The notes: generated by a model from the letters alone, not told the origin. 64,000 nucleotides of DNA from Acidobacteriota bacterium (GCA_963664705.1 OY761556.1:3712001-3776000), one strand, 5' to 3'; counted from the stretch's first letter, positions 38,527 to 49,234 are shown. Numbers and translations are program-made.

Positions 38527-40377
38527 ATGAGCCTATTCCTGGTCGTTACAGCAGATCCGAAGCTGGCCAATTCCAGTCAATCGATTTTTGAATCGCTTGT
38601 TCAGGCAGGCCAGTTGCTAACGGGTCATGCGCCTGCGTCGAAACATAAAACCGGAAACACGCAAATCGCAATCTTCCCGAGAATTAATGGATCCAGCCCT
38701 AAACTGGTTATGGACCAGGAGACGGGAAACTGGCTGCTTCCCGCCGGGCAATGGTTCCACAGTTCAGGGTATGGCTGCGGGTCAGAAGAAGCACTCCTTC
38801 GACGCTACCTGGAAATCGGCGCGGAACAAATGCATCGGGAACTAGAGGGCTTCTTTGCCATTGCACACGGCAATGAGCTGACAAATGAGGTCAGTGTTCT
38901 GACGGACGTAATCGGCAGCTTCCATTGTTTTTCACGATCATGGCCCGGAATTACCGCCATATCCAGCTCATCGCTGCTTCTCGCATCCATTGGAGCCGAT
39001 TCCCTCGATATGGAAGCACTGGCAGAATTCCTGGGCACCGGAATCATTTATGAAAACCGCTCGCTGCATCAGAGCATACGCAAGCTGGGCCCGGCATCAA
39101 GAATACTTTACCGGAACGGCAGACCTCAAAGCGCTCATCGGTATTGGGATCTGAGCGCCTTTGCTTCCAAACCTCTTTCTGATGCTGCCGCACTGGATTC
39201 ATTGCATGAGGAACTCCTTGTCATAGGGAAACGAATATCCTCCATTTATGCCCGCCCGCTGTGCGATCTGACGGGGGGGTTCGATTCCCGCGCTCTGCTG
39301 GCGTCCCTCTTGCCGTCCGCAATGCCACTGACCACCGTCGTCACCGGTTCCGAGCAAAGCCCCGATGTTCAGATATCAAGAGCACTCGCCGGGCTAAAAG
39401 GACTGCCGCACATCCATTTAAACCCGGCAATGGAAGGAATTGTTTCGGAGGTCACCCCAGTTCTGCCCCTGACCGACGGTGAGTATGATGCGGTGGAATA
39501 TAGCAGAGTGTTTAAGGTTCATGGGACCCTATCGGCCAATTTCGATATCAGCCTGAACGGATCATTCGGTGAGCTCGCCCGAGGCTATTGGTGGGAGCTT
39601 CTCTTTCCGCATTTGGGAGACGCTAAAGAAATTGATGCAGGGAAGATTGCCAGGCTGCGGTTTGCGGCGGGCAGTTTTGATTCAGGCCTCTTCTCCGGCA
39701 AGGCCGATTTTAGCCTGGCCGACCATTTCACGGAAGTCATCAAGCGCACCAACAAGGGACTGGAATCGGCTCCAAACAGCCTGCAAATGGACAACCTGTA
39801 CCTCATGATGAGAATGCAGAGCTGGCAGGGACGTATAGCAAGCAGCACAGACCGAATCTGGCCTTGCCTTTCTCCATTCATATTCCGCTCCGTTCTGGAG
39901 GTAATTCTCCGTACGAATCCTGCGCTGCGACGACGCGGATTATTTGTGCGAAAATACCTCGCTTTGTTTGACAGGCAATTGGCCGAATTCCCTCTTGAAC
40001 ACGGATACCCGGCACTGCCGGTGTCGCCAGGCACTTTGTATCGATTCTGGCCTATCATTCCTTTGTATGCAGGGAAAGTAACAAGGAAGATACTGGCAAA
40101 AGCAGGCGTTCAGCGCTCTGTACACAAGACGCAATCGAAAACACCGGCACGATTAAGACTGTGGCAGGATGCAAAGATACGGGATACGTTGGATATCTCG
40201 ACCATGAAGCTGGCCTCGATGCTTCAATACGACCATCTTCGCGCATTCCTGGAACAATCCAAACAGTCTGCATTTGGATACGACGCACAATGGGCCAGGC
40301 TACTGACGGTCGAGCTGGCGTTACGGAGACTCGAAGAAATTAAGTGTTCCATCCATCAGCCCCTATCGGAGAGGTAG
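38527..40377 (+). CDS. Second, divergent asparagine-synthetase-like protein
   Basis: DLTGGFDSR PP-loop variant, NGSFGELARG, SPF; no N-terminal Cys. Confidence 0.8.
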   Translation: MSLFLVVTADPKLANSSQSIFESLVQAGQLLTGHAPASKHKTGNTQIAIFPRINGSSPKLVMDQETGNWLLPAGQWFHSSGYGCGSEEALLRRYLEIGAEQMHRELEGFFAIAHGNELTNEVSVLTDVIGSFHCFSRSWPGITAISSSSLLLASIGADSLDMEALAEFLGTGIIYENRSLHQSIRKLGPASRILYRNGRPQSAHRYWDLSAFASKPLSDAAALDSLHEELLVIGKRISSIYARPLCDLTGGFDSRALLASLLPSAMPLTTVVTGSEQSPDVQISRALAGLKGLPHIHLNPAMEGIVSEVTPVLPLTDGEYDAVEYSRVFKVHGTLSANFDISLNGSFGELARGYWWELLFPHLGDAKEIDAGKIARLRFAAGSFDSGLFSGKADFSLADHFTEVIKRTNKGLESAPNSLQMDNLYLMMRMQSWQGRIASSTDRIWPCLSPFIFRSVLEVILRTNPALRRRGLFVRKYLALFDRQLAEFPLEHGYPALPVSPGTLYRFWPIIPLYAGKVTRKILAKAGVQRSVHKTQSKTPARLRLWQDAKIRDTLDISTMKLASMLQYDHLRAFLEQSKQSAFGYDAQWARLLTVELALRRLEEIKCSIHQPLSER

Positions 40378-40381
40378 AAAA

Positions 40382-41959
40382 ATGGATTACCTGGTTCATC
40401 ACATGTTGCGATCCAGTACCCAACGCTATCCCGACAAAGAAGCCTTGGTCCATGGTAGCGAGAGACTTGCCTACAATCAACTCAGCGAAAAGGCATCTGC
40501 GTTAGCCGGAATACTGCGCTCGGCGGGGATACACCGGCTGGATCGCATCGGCATATACCTGGAGCCTTCCGTTGCCCAGGTTGTATCCATTTTTGGCATC
40601 TCCGAGGCGGAAGGAGTATTTGTTCCTATCAATGCTGTTCTGTTTCCGGATCAGGTAGGCCACATCGTCCGGGACTGCTCGATGACCGGCTTGATTACCT
40701 CCAGAGCCAAGTTAGGTTCGCTGATCGAGATCCTGAAGGACATTCCTTCGTTGAAATTTATCGTTCTTACCGGAGATGGACCCGAAGCCAATCTTCCGCT
40801 GCAAGTCTTCGAGTGGGATCAGACCGCTTCGCCAGCAGCGCAGGGCGGGCTAAGGGAATCGTCCATAAGCAAGGACCTGGCGGCTATTCTTTATACTTCC
40901 GGGTCGACCGGCAAACCCAAGGGCGTCATGCTGAGTCATGCCAATGTTATGGCCGGAGCCTCCATCGTTTCCACCTACCTTGGCATTACGGAAAAGGAGC
41001 GCATCCTGGCAGCACTCCCGTTTAGCTTTGACGCGGGACTGAATCAACTGACAACCGCGATCCAGCAAGGCGGGACTATTGTCCTAATCAATTTTGTGTT
41101 TGCCCGGGAAATCGTTCAAATGCTCCTCAAGGAAAAAATAACCGGACTGGCAGGCGTACCGACCTTGTGGAGCCTATTATCGCAGCCAAATTCGACTCTG
41201 GAGAAACAGCCTTTGCCGGATCTGCGTTACATTACCAATACGGGCGGGGCCATGCCGCAGGCAGTTCTGGCAATACTCAAACGGGCACTGCCGACGACAA
41301 AGATATTCCTCATGTATGGGCTTACCGAGGCATTCCGTTCCACCTACCTGCCGCCTGATGAATCGGATCGGCGCCCCACATCCATGGGCAAGGCAATTCC
41401 GGATTGCGAAATATTGGTTATCAACGAAGCGGGAGAACTGTGCAAGCCCGGAGAAATCGGAGAACTCGTGCATCGAGGACCTACTGTTTCCATGGGCTAT
41501 TGGGGACGACCGGAGGATACGGATAGAGTCCTGAAACCGAATCCTCTGTTGCCAAAAGAACTCGGTGACTGCGAAAGAGTCTGCTACTCGGGGGACCTCG
41601 TCAAAATGGATGAAGATGGCTTTCTCTATTTTATCGGACGCAGAGATACCATGATCAAATCTTCTGGATACCGGGTTAGCCCAACAGAAGTTGAGGAGGC
41701 CCTATTCTCGAGTGGCAAACTGCGTGGGGCAGCCGTAATTGGCATTCCCGATGAAATATTGGGCCAGGCCATTAAGGCATTTGTTGTTCCCAAAGATGGT
41801 GCAGCTCCAAGCACGGACGATCTCATCGCGCATTGTGGCCAGAAATTGCCTCGGTATATGATACCCAAACATATTGAGCTTTTGACCGAGCTTCCCAAGA
41901 CATCCAGCGGAAAGGTGGATTATCCAACGCTCCGCAAACGAGAGGGATTGCAGCGATGA
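40382..41959 (+). CDS. Acyl-CoA/AMP ligase, exosortase A-associated (TIGR03098-like)
   Basis: ILYTSGSTGKPKGV, LPFSFDAG, YGLTEAFRS, SGYRVSPTEVE. Confidence 0.93.
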   Translation: MDYLVHHMLRSSTQRYPDKEALVHGSERLAYNQLSEKASALAGILRSAGIHRLDRIGIYLEPSVAQVVSIFGISEAEGVFVPINAVLFPDQVGHIVRDCSMTGLITSRAKLGSLIEILKDIPSLKFIVLTGDGPEANLPLQVFEWDQTASPAAQGGLRESSISKDLAAILYTSGSTGKPKGVMLSHANVMAGASIVSTYLGITEKERILAALPFSFDAGLNQLTTAIQQGGTIVLINFVFAREIVQMLLKEKITGLAGVPTLWSLLSQPNSTLEKQPLPDLRYITNTGGAMPQAVLAILKRALPTTKIFLMYGLTEAFRSTYLPPDESDRRPTSMGKAIPDCEILVINEAGELCKPGEIGELVHRGPTVSMGYWGRPEDTDRVLKPNPLLPKELGDCERVCYSGDLVKMDEDGFLYFIGRRDTMIKSSGYRVSPTEVEEALFSSGKLRGAAVIGIPDEILGQAIKAFVVPKDGAAPSTDDLIAHCGQKLPRYMIPKHIELLTELPKTSSGKVDYPTLRKREGLQR

Positions 41960-43242
41960 GCTCCGCGGCAGATTTGATCCAGCGAAATTTTGGGCTCAAG
42001 GATGGATGCCTCTCCGTTGGCAATATCCCGGTAACGGATATTGTCAAAACCTATGGAACGCCACTCTACATCTATGATCAGGGTGTTCTGGAGCGCAACT
42101 TCAGTCTTTTGCGCGAAACCTATCCCCAGGAATTTTCGATCTACTACTCCATCAAGGCAAATCCCAGCCCTCTCATTATCAAATTCTTTCTTGCCAAAGG
42201 GTGCGGATTGGAAATCGCCTCCTCCGGCGAGCTCCATCATGCCTTAAACGCCGGTTGCACGCCGGGGAGAATTCTCTTTGCAGGTCCGGGAAAAACTGAA
42301 GCAGAGATCGAGGAGGCAATTCGTTCAGGCATTGGTGAATTACATGCGGAATCGATGCTTGAAATTCAGCGAATCGGCCGCATCAGCAAGAACCTGGGCG
42401 TTGTAATGAATGTCGCGATTCGAATCAACCCCGGAGAAGAAGCCGAGGGCGGAGCCATGCGCATGGGCGGAAAAGCAACGCCCTTTGGAATTGATGAAGA
42501 ACTGATGGAAGCAGTACTTAGGGCCACCATTGCCGAAAAGCACATTCACCTCAGCGGTCTGCATTTATTCAGCGGGACTCAGATCCTCAATCATGAAACT
42601 CTATTGCGACAGTATGGCAAGGGGCTTCAAATTGCAGGCCGTTTCGCCGAGGAATTGGGATATGGTCCGGAAACCATCGATTTTGGTGGTGGATTGGGCA
42701 TCCCGTATTTTGCGGGCGAGAAGCCACTGGACATGGACCTGCTCAAAAAGGGTCTTATCGACATGATGGGATCCTTCAGGGAAAACAAATGCTTTGAAAA
42801 GACGCGACTCATTATTGAGCCCGGCAGATACCTTGCCGGGGAAGCTGGCATCTACCTGGCCCGGGTCAACGACATTAAAGTATCCCGGGGGAAGAAATTT
42901 CTGATCCTGGATGGAGGAATGAACCATCATCTAGCAGCATCCGGCAATCTGGGCCAAACCATTAAGCGCAATTTCCCCATTGCCATTGCCAACAAATTGA
43001 GTGCGGATTCAGTCGAGAAGGTGGAGGTGGTTGGCCCGCTCTGCACTCCATTAGATGTGCTGGCTCGCAATGCCGAATTGCCGGAAGCCGACATCGGCGA
43101 CCTTTTTGCCATTTTCCAGTCGGGAGCCTATGGCCGAACTTCGAGCCCGCTTGGCTTTTTGAGTCATGACGCACCGGCAGAGATTTTTATTCGTGACAAT
43201 TTCACGGAACTGATACGGACGCGAGGAGACAGCTCTAACTGA
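41956..43242 (+). CDS. PLP-dependent decarboxylase, LysA-like (TIGR03099-like)
   Basis: YSIKANP, FAGPGK, DFGGGLG, IEPGRY, DGGMNHH, VGPLCTPLD, SGAYG. Confidence 0.92.
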   Translation: MSSAADLIQRNFGLKDGCLSVGNIPVTDIVKTYGTPLYIYDQGVLERNFSLLRETYPQEFSIYYSIKANPSPLIIKFFLAKGCGLEIASSGELHHALNAGCTPGRILFAGPGKTEAEIEEAIRSGIGELHAESMLEIQRIGRISKNLGVVMNVAIRINPGEEAEGGAMRMGGKATPFGIDEELMEAVLRATIAEKHIHLSGLHLFSGTQILNHETLLRQYGKGLQIAGRFAEELGYGPETIDFGGGLGIPYFAGEKPLDMDLLKKGLIDMMGSFRENKCFEKTRLIIEPGRYLAGEAGIYLARVNDIKVSRGKKFLILDGGMNHHLAASGNLGQTIKRNFPIAIANKLSADSVEKVEVVGPLCTPLDVLARNAELPEADIGDLFAIFQSGAYGRTSSPLGFLSHDAPAEIFIRDNFTELIRTRGDSSN

Positions 43243-43281
43243 ACAAACCTGATCATAGCCGATGGAGCAGGTTAGAATCCC

Positions 43282-43310
43282 ACTGGGAGCACCGGCGTCT
43301 CGCCGGCAAG
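43282..43310. repeat. Solo REP-like terminus of the composite element
   Basis: ACTGGGAGCACCGGCGTCTCGCCGGCAAG matches the ends of the 48855-49234 copy. Confidence 0.7.
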
Positions 43311-43342
43311 AACGAACATAATTAGGCACAAGTAAACAGATA

Positions 43343-45391
43343 ATGATTCATTGGATTGAAGGAATAGCATCCGTTGTTGCCCTGGGACTGGCCGCCCTAT
43401 TGGCGGTATCGCCCCGGTTTGGCAAAGGGACTCGGCAGCTTCTCTACCTTCTGCTGCCGGCGAGCCTCTCTGCTGCCGTTCAGGCCCTCGGGCCCGATAT
43501 ACTGAGCCGCTCCACCCAGGATTGTTTCCGGATATCCTTTGCATTCATTATTCTCGCGTCAAGCGGCGGACTGATCGCTATCGGCAGTCTTAATGGCCGC
43601 GCCAAAAAGAAGTATTTCATCCCGGTATGCCTGTTGGCGCTTCTATTTTCCGGGCTGCTGCTTTTCGTCAATCCTTCGGAAGAAGAGGGGTTGCAGGCCC
43701 CGGAGGGTTATTTTTCGCTGGGAATCCCGGGCTATCTATCGGGCTTGTTCCTGCTTATAACCGCAGTCCTGGTACTTGCCCTGATCGAGCAAATGCTTCG
43801 AAATGCCAGCGAAACCGCACGCTGGGAGCTGAAGTTCCTTTTTCTTGGAGTCGGCGCCCTTTATGCCTCGATCATCTACATGAGTTCTCAGGTGCTGCTG
43901 TTCTCCCCGCGGAGCGGCTTTATTCTCACCAGTGCGGTTGGCCTTTTCCACACGATGCTTTTGATATCGGTAGGACTTATCACCTTGTCCTGGAAACGAA
44001 GCTCCGGGAAAGCACGATTTGCGGTATCTCACGGCGCAATCTACAGTTCCATTACCCTTCTGAGCATCGGAATCTACCTGATTGCCTCCAGCCTGATTGC
44101 CCGTCTAGCGAGCCGCTGGGGCGGCGTCGATCTGCCGACGGAAGCTCTGATTTTCCTTTTATCGGCCCTGGCTCTGACCACGCTCTTCCTGGGGACAGGA
44201 TTCCGGCATCAGACGCGAGCCTGGATCCGGAGGAATATTTTTGCCGGAAGATATGACTACCGTCGGTTCTGGCTGGAGGCAACTGAGCATGTGCGGTCTA
44301 TCGACCCTTTGCCCACAGCCGCAGCAGCCTTGGCCGATATCGTACACCGTGCTCTTGGCGCCATCGAGGTCAGTGTCTGGGTCCGCCTCTGGGATCCCAA
44401 TCGCCTGGCTCTGCTCAGCGCGATGGGAAGCCTTTCAGACTCATTGGGCAAAGAGGAATCAGGAATCATTGAGGAAATACTGGACATTTCGGAACCCATA
44501 GCCGCCGGCGACCTTGAAGATGCAAAAGGCCGTGCGCAAACAAGGGAGTTCATCGCGAGGACGCACGCTTCCCTTCTGGTCCCGCTGCTCTCCAGCAATC
44601 GGATTGTAGGTGTGATTGCGGTTGGGACCGATCGCAGCGGGCACCCCTACGATTATGAAGCAAAGGAATTTCTCCGGGCTCTTGCCGGTCACGCAGCCGG
44701 CGAATTTCATAAATCGGATCTCCTGGCAACGCTGGTGGAGGCCAAGGAAGACGAAGCCTTCCGCAATTTTTCTACCTTTGTCCTGCACGATTTGAAGAAT
44801 TTTGCCTCGACATTGTCCTATATCGCGCAGAATGCGCCCCGGCATCAAAACAACCCGGAATTTCAGAAAGACGCCTTCCAATCGGTTTATGAGACGGCAG
44901 AAAAGATGAAACGTCTCTGCAACAGCCTGAAAACTTTTTCAAGCACCCTGGCAGCCGATAAAAAACCTGCGGATTTAAATCAGGTTGTGCGCTCAGTCGC
45001 CGATAGTCTTAATGGAGTGCTGTCCAGGTATCTGAAACTGGAGCTTGAAGATCTGCCTCCTGCCGCCATCGATGCCGAAGAAATCAAGCGCGTGCTTCAG
45101 AACCTGATTCTGAATGCAAGGGAGGCAATTTCGGAAGATGGATATATAATCATTCGATCTGCCGCGCGAACAGATCACATTGAAGTATCGGTCGAGGATA
45201 ACGGCAAAGGCATGAGCCGGCAGTTTCTGGAAAAGGAGCTTTTCCTTCCGTTCCATACAACGAAAAGCAGTGGATTGGGCATCGGGCTTTTTCAGTCCAA
45301 GAAAATCATGGAAGCCCACCAGGGAACCATTGCGGTTGACAGCGAGGAAGGGAAAGGAACAAAGGTCAGCTTGATTTTTCGCACCCTATAG
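43343..45391 (+). CDS. prsK: PEP-CTERM system histidine kinase PrsK
   Basis: Multi-TM N-terminus, RWELKF, RYDYRRFW, GAF-like region, FVLHDLKN H-box, DNGKGM, PFHTTK..GLGIGL. Confidence 0.92.
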   Translation: MIHWIEGIASVVALGLAALLAVSPRFGKGTRQLLYLLLPASLSAAVQALGPDILSRSTQDCFRISFAFIILASSGGLIAIGSLNGRAKKKYFIPVCLLALLFSGLLLFVNPSEEEGLQAPEGYFSLGIPGYLSGLFLLITAVLVLALIEQMLRNASETARWELKFLFLGVGALYASIIYMSSQVLLFSPRSGFILTSAVGLFHTMLLISVGLITLSWKRSSGKARFAVSHGAIYSSITLLSIGIYLIASSLIARLASRWGGVDLPTEALIFLLSALALTTLFLGTGFRHQTRAWIRRNIFAGRYDYRRFWLEATEHVRSIDPLPTAAAALADIVHRALGAIEVSVWVRLWDPNRLALLSAMGSLSDSLGKEESGIIEEILDISEPIAAGDLEDAKGRAQTREFIARTHASLLVPLLSSNRIVGVIAVGTDRSGHPYDYEAKEFLRALAGHAAGEFHKSDLLATLVEAKEDEAFRNFSTFVLHDLKNFASTLSYIAQNAPRHQNNPEFQKDAFQSVYETAEKMKRLCNSLKTFSSTLAADKKPADLNQVVRSVADSLNGVLSRYLKLELEDLPPAAIDAEEIKRVLQNLILNAREAISEDGYIIIRSAARTDHIEVSVEDNGKGMSRQFLEKELFLPFHTTKSSGLGIGLFQSKKIMEAHQGTIAVDSEEGKGTKVSLIFRTL

Positions 45392-45471
45392 AAATCGAAC
45401 TATTACCAGCAAGGCTCAGAAGATAGCCTGGGCCACATTGCAGCGATTTGCCTGCGGCAGTCCAAAGGAAG

Positions 45472-46839
45472 ATGAAAACAGGAAAAAGTGTATTGCCGAA
45501 GATACTGATTGTGGATGATGACGAACAGATCCGAAAGCAGATTCAGTGGGCGCTGAGTGATGAATTCAGCGTTTTTTCGGCGGGCGACAGACCGGCTGCA
45601 TTAGAAGTATTCAAGGAGGAACAGATCCCGGTCGCCCTGCTCGATCTGGGACTCCCACCTCATCCACGGGAAGCCGTTGAGGGATTGCAGACGCTGGAAG
45701 AAATGCTTGGGTTGAATCCCCTGGCAAAGGTCATTATCGTCTCCGGAAATTCCGAGCGAGCCAACGCCCTGGCTGCCATCGATAAAGGGGCGCATGATCT
45801 TTTCCCGAAACCGGTAGACCTCGACGAACTCAAGGTTGTATTGCATCGCGTTTACCGCAGGCTCGAACTGGAAAAGGAAAACATCGACGAGCGGAACCTC
45901 GCCAATCGAGTTTCGTTTGAAGAAATCATCGGTTCAAGCCCTCAAATGCAGGATATTTTCGCAACCGTTCGCAAGGTTGCGGCCACGGACATTCCGGTTT
46001 TGATTACGGGAGAAAGTGGAACAGGCAAGGAATTAGTTGCCAATGCGGTTCATAACCTGAGCCAGCGGAAAAACGGTCCCTTTATTGCCATAAACTGTGG
46101 AGCCATCCCGGACACGCTTCTGGAAAGCGAGCTCTTTGGCCATGAGAAGGGATCCTTTACGGGAGCCTCTGCACAGCGAAAAGGCAAGGTGGAGTATGCC
46201 AATGGAGGAACCCTTTTTCTTGACGAAATCGGCGATCTCCTTCCGGAACTCCAGGTCAAGATCCTGAGATTTCTGCAGGAGAGGGTCATTGAGCGCATCG
46301 GAGGCAGACAGCCAATTCCAGTAGACATTCGGGTGATTGCAGCGACGAACCAGAATCTGGAGGCTGAGGTCAAAGCAAACCACTTTCGAGAAGATCTTTT
46401 CTTTCGTTTGGCCGTAGTCAAAATGGCGTTGCCCCCCTTAAGACAAAGGGGTAATGACGTAATCCAGCTGGCCGAACATCTGGCTTTGGCATTTGCAAAA
46501 GAATTAAAAATGCCGCCGAAGAGGTTTTCGAAAGCCGCTCTCGACGCCATGCGCCGCTATGAATGGCCTGGGAACGTCCGGGAATTGCAGAATCGCGTAA
46601 AACGGGCATTGGTGCTGGCGGATGGACCGACCATTGGCCCGGCTGAACTGGAACTGGAAGTCCCGGGGGGAGCATCGGGATCAGCCGCATCAACGCTTAA
46701 GGAAGCCAAAGAAGCGTTGGAAAAGGAAATTCTGGCCAACGCATTGCGGGATAATAACGGAAACATATCCAAGACAGCAAAATCGCTCGGCATATCCAGG
46801 CCTACTCTCTATGATCTGATGGCCCGATATGGACTTTAG
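45472..46839 (+). CDS. prsR: Sigma-54-dependent response regulator PrsR
   Basis: Receiver LLDLGLPP, GESGTGKE, ELFGHEKGSFTGA, WPGNVREL, Fis HTH ISRPTLYDL; exact start uncertain. Confidence 0.92.
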   Translation: MKTGKSVLPKILIVDDDEQIRKQIQWALSDEFSVFSAGDRPAALEVFKEEQIPVALLDLGLPPHPREAVEGLQTLEEMLGLNPLAKVIIVSGNSERANALAAIDKGAHDLFPKPVDLDELKVVLHRVYRRLELEKENIDERNLANRVSFEEIIGSSPQMQDIFATVRKVAATDIPVLITGESGTGKELVANAVHNLSQRKNGPFIAINCGAIPDTLLESELFGHEKGSFTGASAQRKGKVEYANGGTLFLDEIGDLLPELQVKILRFLQERVIERIGGRQPIPVDIRVIAATNQNLEAEVKANHFREDLFFRLAVVKMALPPLRQRGNDVIQLAEHLALAFAKELKMPPKRFSKAALDAMRRYEWPGNVRELQNRVKRALVLADGPTIGPAELELEVPGGASGSAASTLKEAKEALEKEILANALRDNNGNISKTAKSLGISRPTLYDLMARYGL

Positions 46840-46851
46840 ACAGGAATAAAG

Positions 46852-47175
46852 CCAGGTTGCGCGCCGGCTAGAAAACCGAGACGGCCTAATGCTCTATTTT
46901 ATATCAGCCCCGGAGGGGCGATCAGAGAGTAGCCGGGGGTGAAGCGCAGCGAACCCCCGGAAGAGATAAACGCGAGAAAGAGCCCTGTAAGGGCGAAAGA
47001 TCGGGCCTTCTGCCGCCCCTTCGGGGCTGGTTACTGGTCTAATCCAATCCGGGGGTTCGCTGCGCTTCACCCCCGGCTACTTGCTTTCGGCCCTCCGGGC
47101 CTGTTGCTTCACTCGCGTCGCAGGGCATAGAACAAATAGTTTATGTGGCATTAGCCGGGACGACGGCGCTACCGG
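46852..47175. repeat. Composite palindromic intergenic element, copy B
   Basis: Perfect 32-bp inverted repeat 46929-46960 / 47049-47080 enclosing GCCCTGTAAGGGC and GCCCCTTCGGGGC hairpins. Confidence 0.88.
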
Positions 47176-47298
47176 CAGGCAAAAGTGGGTCTTTGCAGAC
47201 TCGGATTGATGTGAGGGCCAGGACTTATCCACAGGAAGCGTCTCAGCGCAGACTCTCCAAATACAAACAATGTATAGCAAAAGTGATTCTGACACCCT

Positions 47299-48139
47299 GA
47301 TGAGACTAGACAAAAAGACTTTGGCTGCGTTTGTGGTGCTGGCAGGTTGCTTTGCATGGCTGTATCAACATGTCATCGCCAAACTCGTGCGGGACTGGTA
47401 CATTGATGAAAACTATTCCCATGGATTTCTGATTCTTCCGATTGCTCTATATTTTGTCTGGGAGCGCAGAAATGAATTAAAGGAAACGCCGCAACACCCG
47501 AATTCTTGGGGGATTGTGATCGTCCTGGGCAGCATGGGCAGCCTGCTGGCAGGCGTGCTGGGATCGGAGCTGTTTTTAACCCGAATATCCATTCTCGGAA
47601 CTATCGCAGGTGCCGTATTGTTTCTGTATGGATGGAGACATTTAAAGATTCTGCTCCTCCCAATTCTGTTCCTGCTTCTGATGATCCCCATTCCGGCCAT
47701 TATCTTCAACCAGATTGCATTTCCCCTTCAGTTGCTGGCCTCGCGTTTCGGTGAAATGGCATTGATTGCGACGCAGATACCCGTTTTGCGTGAAGGAAAT
47801 GTCATTCACCTGGCGAACACCAGTCTTGAAGTTGCCGAAGCATGCAGCGGAATCCGTTCTCTAATCTCTTTGCTGACCTTGGGAATCGTCTATGGATATT
47901 TTATCGATTCCCGCATATGGGTAAGGCTGGTTCTCGCCATTGGCACGATTCCCATCGCTATTGTGGCGAATGGAATTCGAGTCGCGGGAACCGGTATCGC
48001 GGCGCATTACTATGGAGCGGAGGCGGCGCATGGATTCATCCATACTTCCGCCGGGTGGGCCATTTTTGTCATCGCGTTCATTATGATGTTTATTTTGTAT
48101 AAACTGATTGCCTTGTTCGCACCTGCGGATAGAAAATAG
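47299..48139 (+). CDS. xrtA: Exosortase (XrtA/EpsH type)
   Basis: W..DENYSHGFLI, PLQ, LEVAEACSGIRSL (Cys), ANGIRV (Arg), GFIH (His); multi-TM. Confidence 0.93.
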
Positions 48140-48195
48140 CTTCGCGGCTGCCGGGTCCCATCCAAAAACAAAGGCAGCCTGCGCACCCTAAAACT

Positions 48196-48840
48196 ATGAA
48201 AATTCGACTAATTTTACTTTGTCTGGTTCTTGTGGCGGCATCTGCCTTTATCGCGCACGCCTCGCGGCCGGAGGAGGTGCCCATTCGGGCATCGCTCTCC
48301 GAGCTGCCAATGCAGCTTGGCAACTGGTCGGGCCGCCAGTCTCCGGATATGGACTCCAATGTCCTGGCGGTCTTGGGTGTGGACGATTACATCAACCGTA
48401 CTTACTACAATTCCGAATCGCTTCCCGCCGGGCTTTATATCGGGTATTACCGGAGCCAGCGGGAGGGCGATACCATCCATTCTCCGCTGAATTGCCTGCC
48501 TGGCGCGGGTTGGAATCCTGTAAAAAACGAACATATTGCTATTTCGGCGGAAGGTCTTCCTTCCATTGAAATCAACCGCATAATCATCGCGAAGGGAATG
48601 GAAGAACAAGTGGTATTGTACTGGTATCAGAGCCACGGGCGAGTGATAGCCAGCGAATACTGGGGAAAGATCTATACGGTCTTAGATGCCCTGCGCACCA
48701 ATCGGACGGACGCAGCCCTGGTCCGCGTTATTTGCCCCGTAGCCGGCAATGATCCAAAAGCCGAAATGCTGGCAGAACAGAACGGAACGGATTTTGTAAA
48801 ATCGCTCTATCCGCAATTAGGGCGTTTTTTGCCGGAATAG
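48196..48840 (+). CDS. epsI: EpsI family exosortase-associated protein
   Basis: YINRTY, LYIGYY.SQR, IHSPLNCLPGAGW, VLYWYQ, RTDAALVRV. Confidence 0.92.
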   Translation: MKIRLILLCLVLVAASAFIAHASRPEEVPIRASLSELPMQLGNWSGRQSPDMDSNVLAVLGVDDYINRTYYNSESLPAGLYIGYYRSQREGDTIHSPLNCLPGAGWNPVKNEHIAISAEGLPSIEINRIIIAKGMEEQVVLYWYQSHGRVIASEYWGKIYTVLDALRTNRTDAALVRVICPVAGNDPKAEMLAEQNGTDFVKSLYPQLGRFLPE

Positions 48841-48854
48841 TGGCCATTGAACGA

Positions 48855-49234
48855 ACCGGGAGCGCCGGGGTCTCGCCGGCAAGAGCGTGTCCGCTTCCAC
48901 GGCGCTGATGCCGCCAGCTACCGCTCCCTATTATTTGCCCAAGTAGCAGGTTGGGCGATGCATATCAGCCCCGGAGGGGCGATCAGAAAGTAGCCGGGGG
49001 TGAAGCGCAGCGAACCCCCGGTAGAGATAAGCGCGAGAAAGAGCCCTGAAAGGGCGAAAGATCGGGCATTCTGCCTAAACTTCGGGGCTTGTTACGGGTC
49101 TAATCCAAGCCAGGGTTGAGCGTAGCGAACCCCTGGCTGCTTGCTTTCGGTACTCCGGGCCTGTTGATTCACTCGCGTCGCAGGGCTCAGAACAATTAGT
49201 ATGCAGCATTAGACGGGGCGCCGGTGCTCCCAGT
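48855..49234. repeat. Composite palindromic intergenic element, copy C (with terminal inverted repeats; MITE/REPIN-like)
   Basis: Ends ACCGGGAGCGCCGG ... CCGGTGCTCCCAGT (12/14 inverted match); core 48963-49195 closely matches copy B. Confidence 0.88.

Noticed and set aside
27545-43242. Stand-alone NRPS/PKS cluster
   Set aside because: No condensation or ketosynthase domains; the ligase and decarboxylase match exosortase-A-associated families within EPS genes.
41956-43242. Housekeeping lysA
   Set aside because: Coupled to the exosortase-associated AMP ligase and carries that subfamily's DGGMNHH/LCTPLD motifs.
46852-49234. CRISPR array or tRNA in the repeats
   Set aside because: No regular repeat-spacer period, no cas genes and no cloverleaf; these are dispersed inverted repeats.
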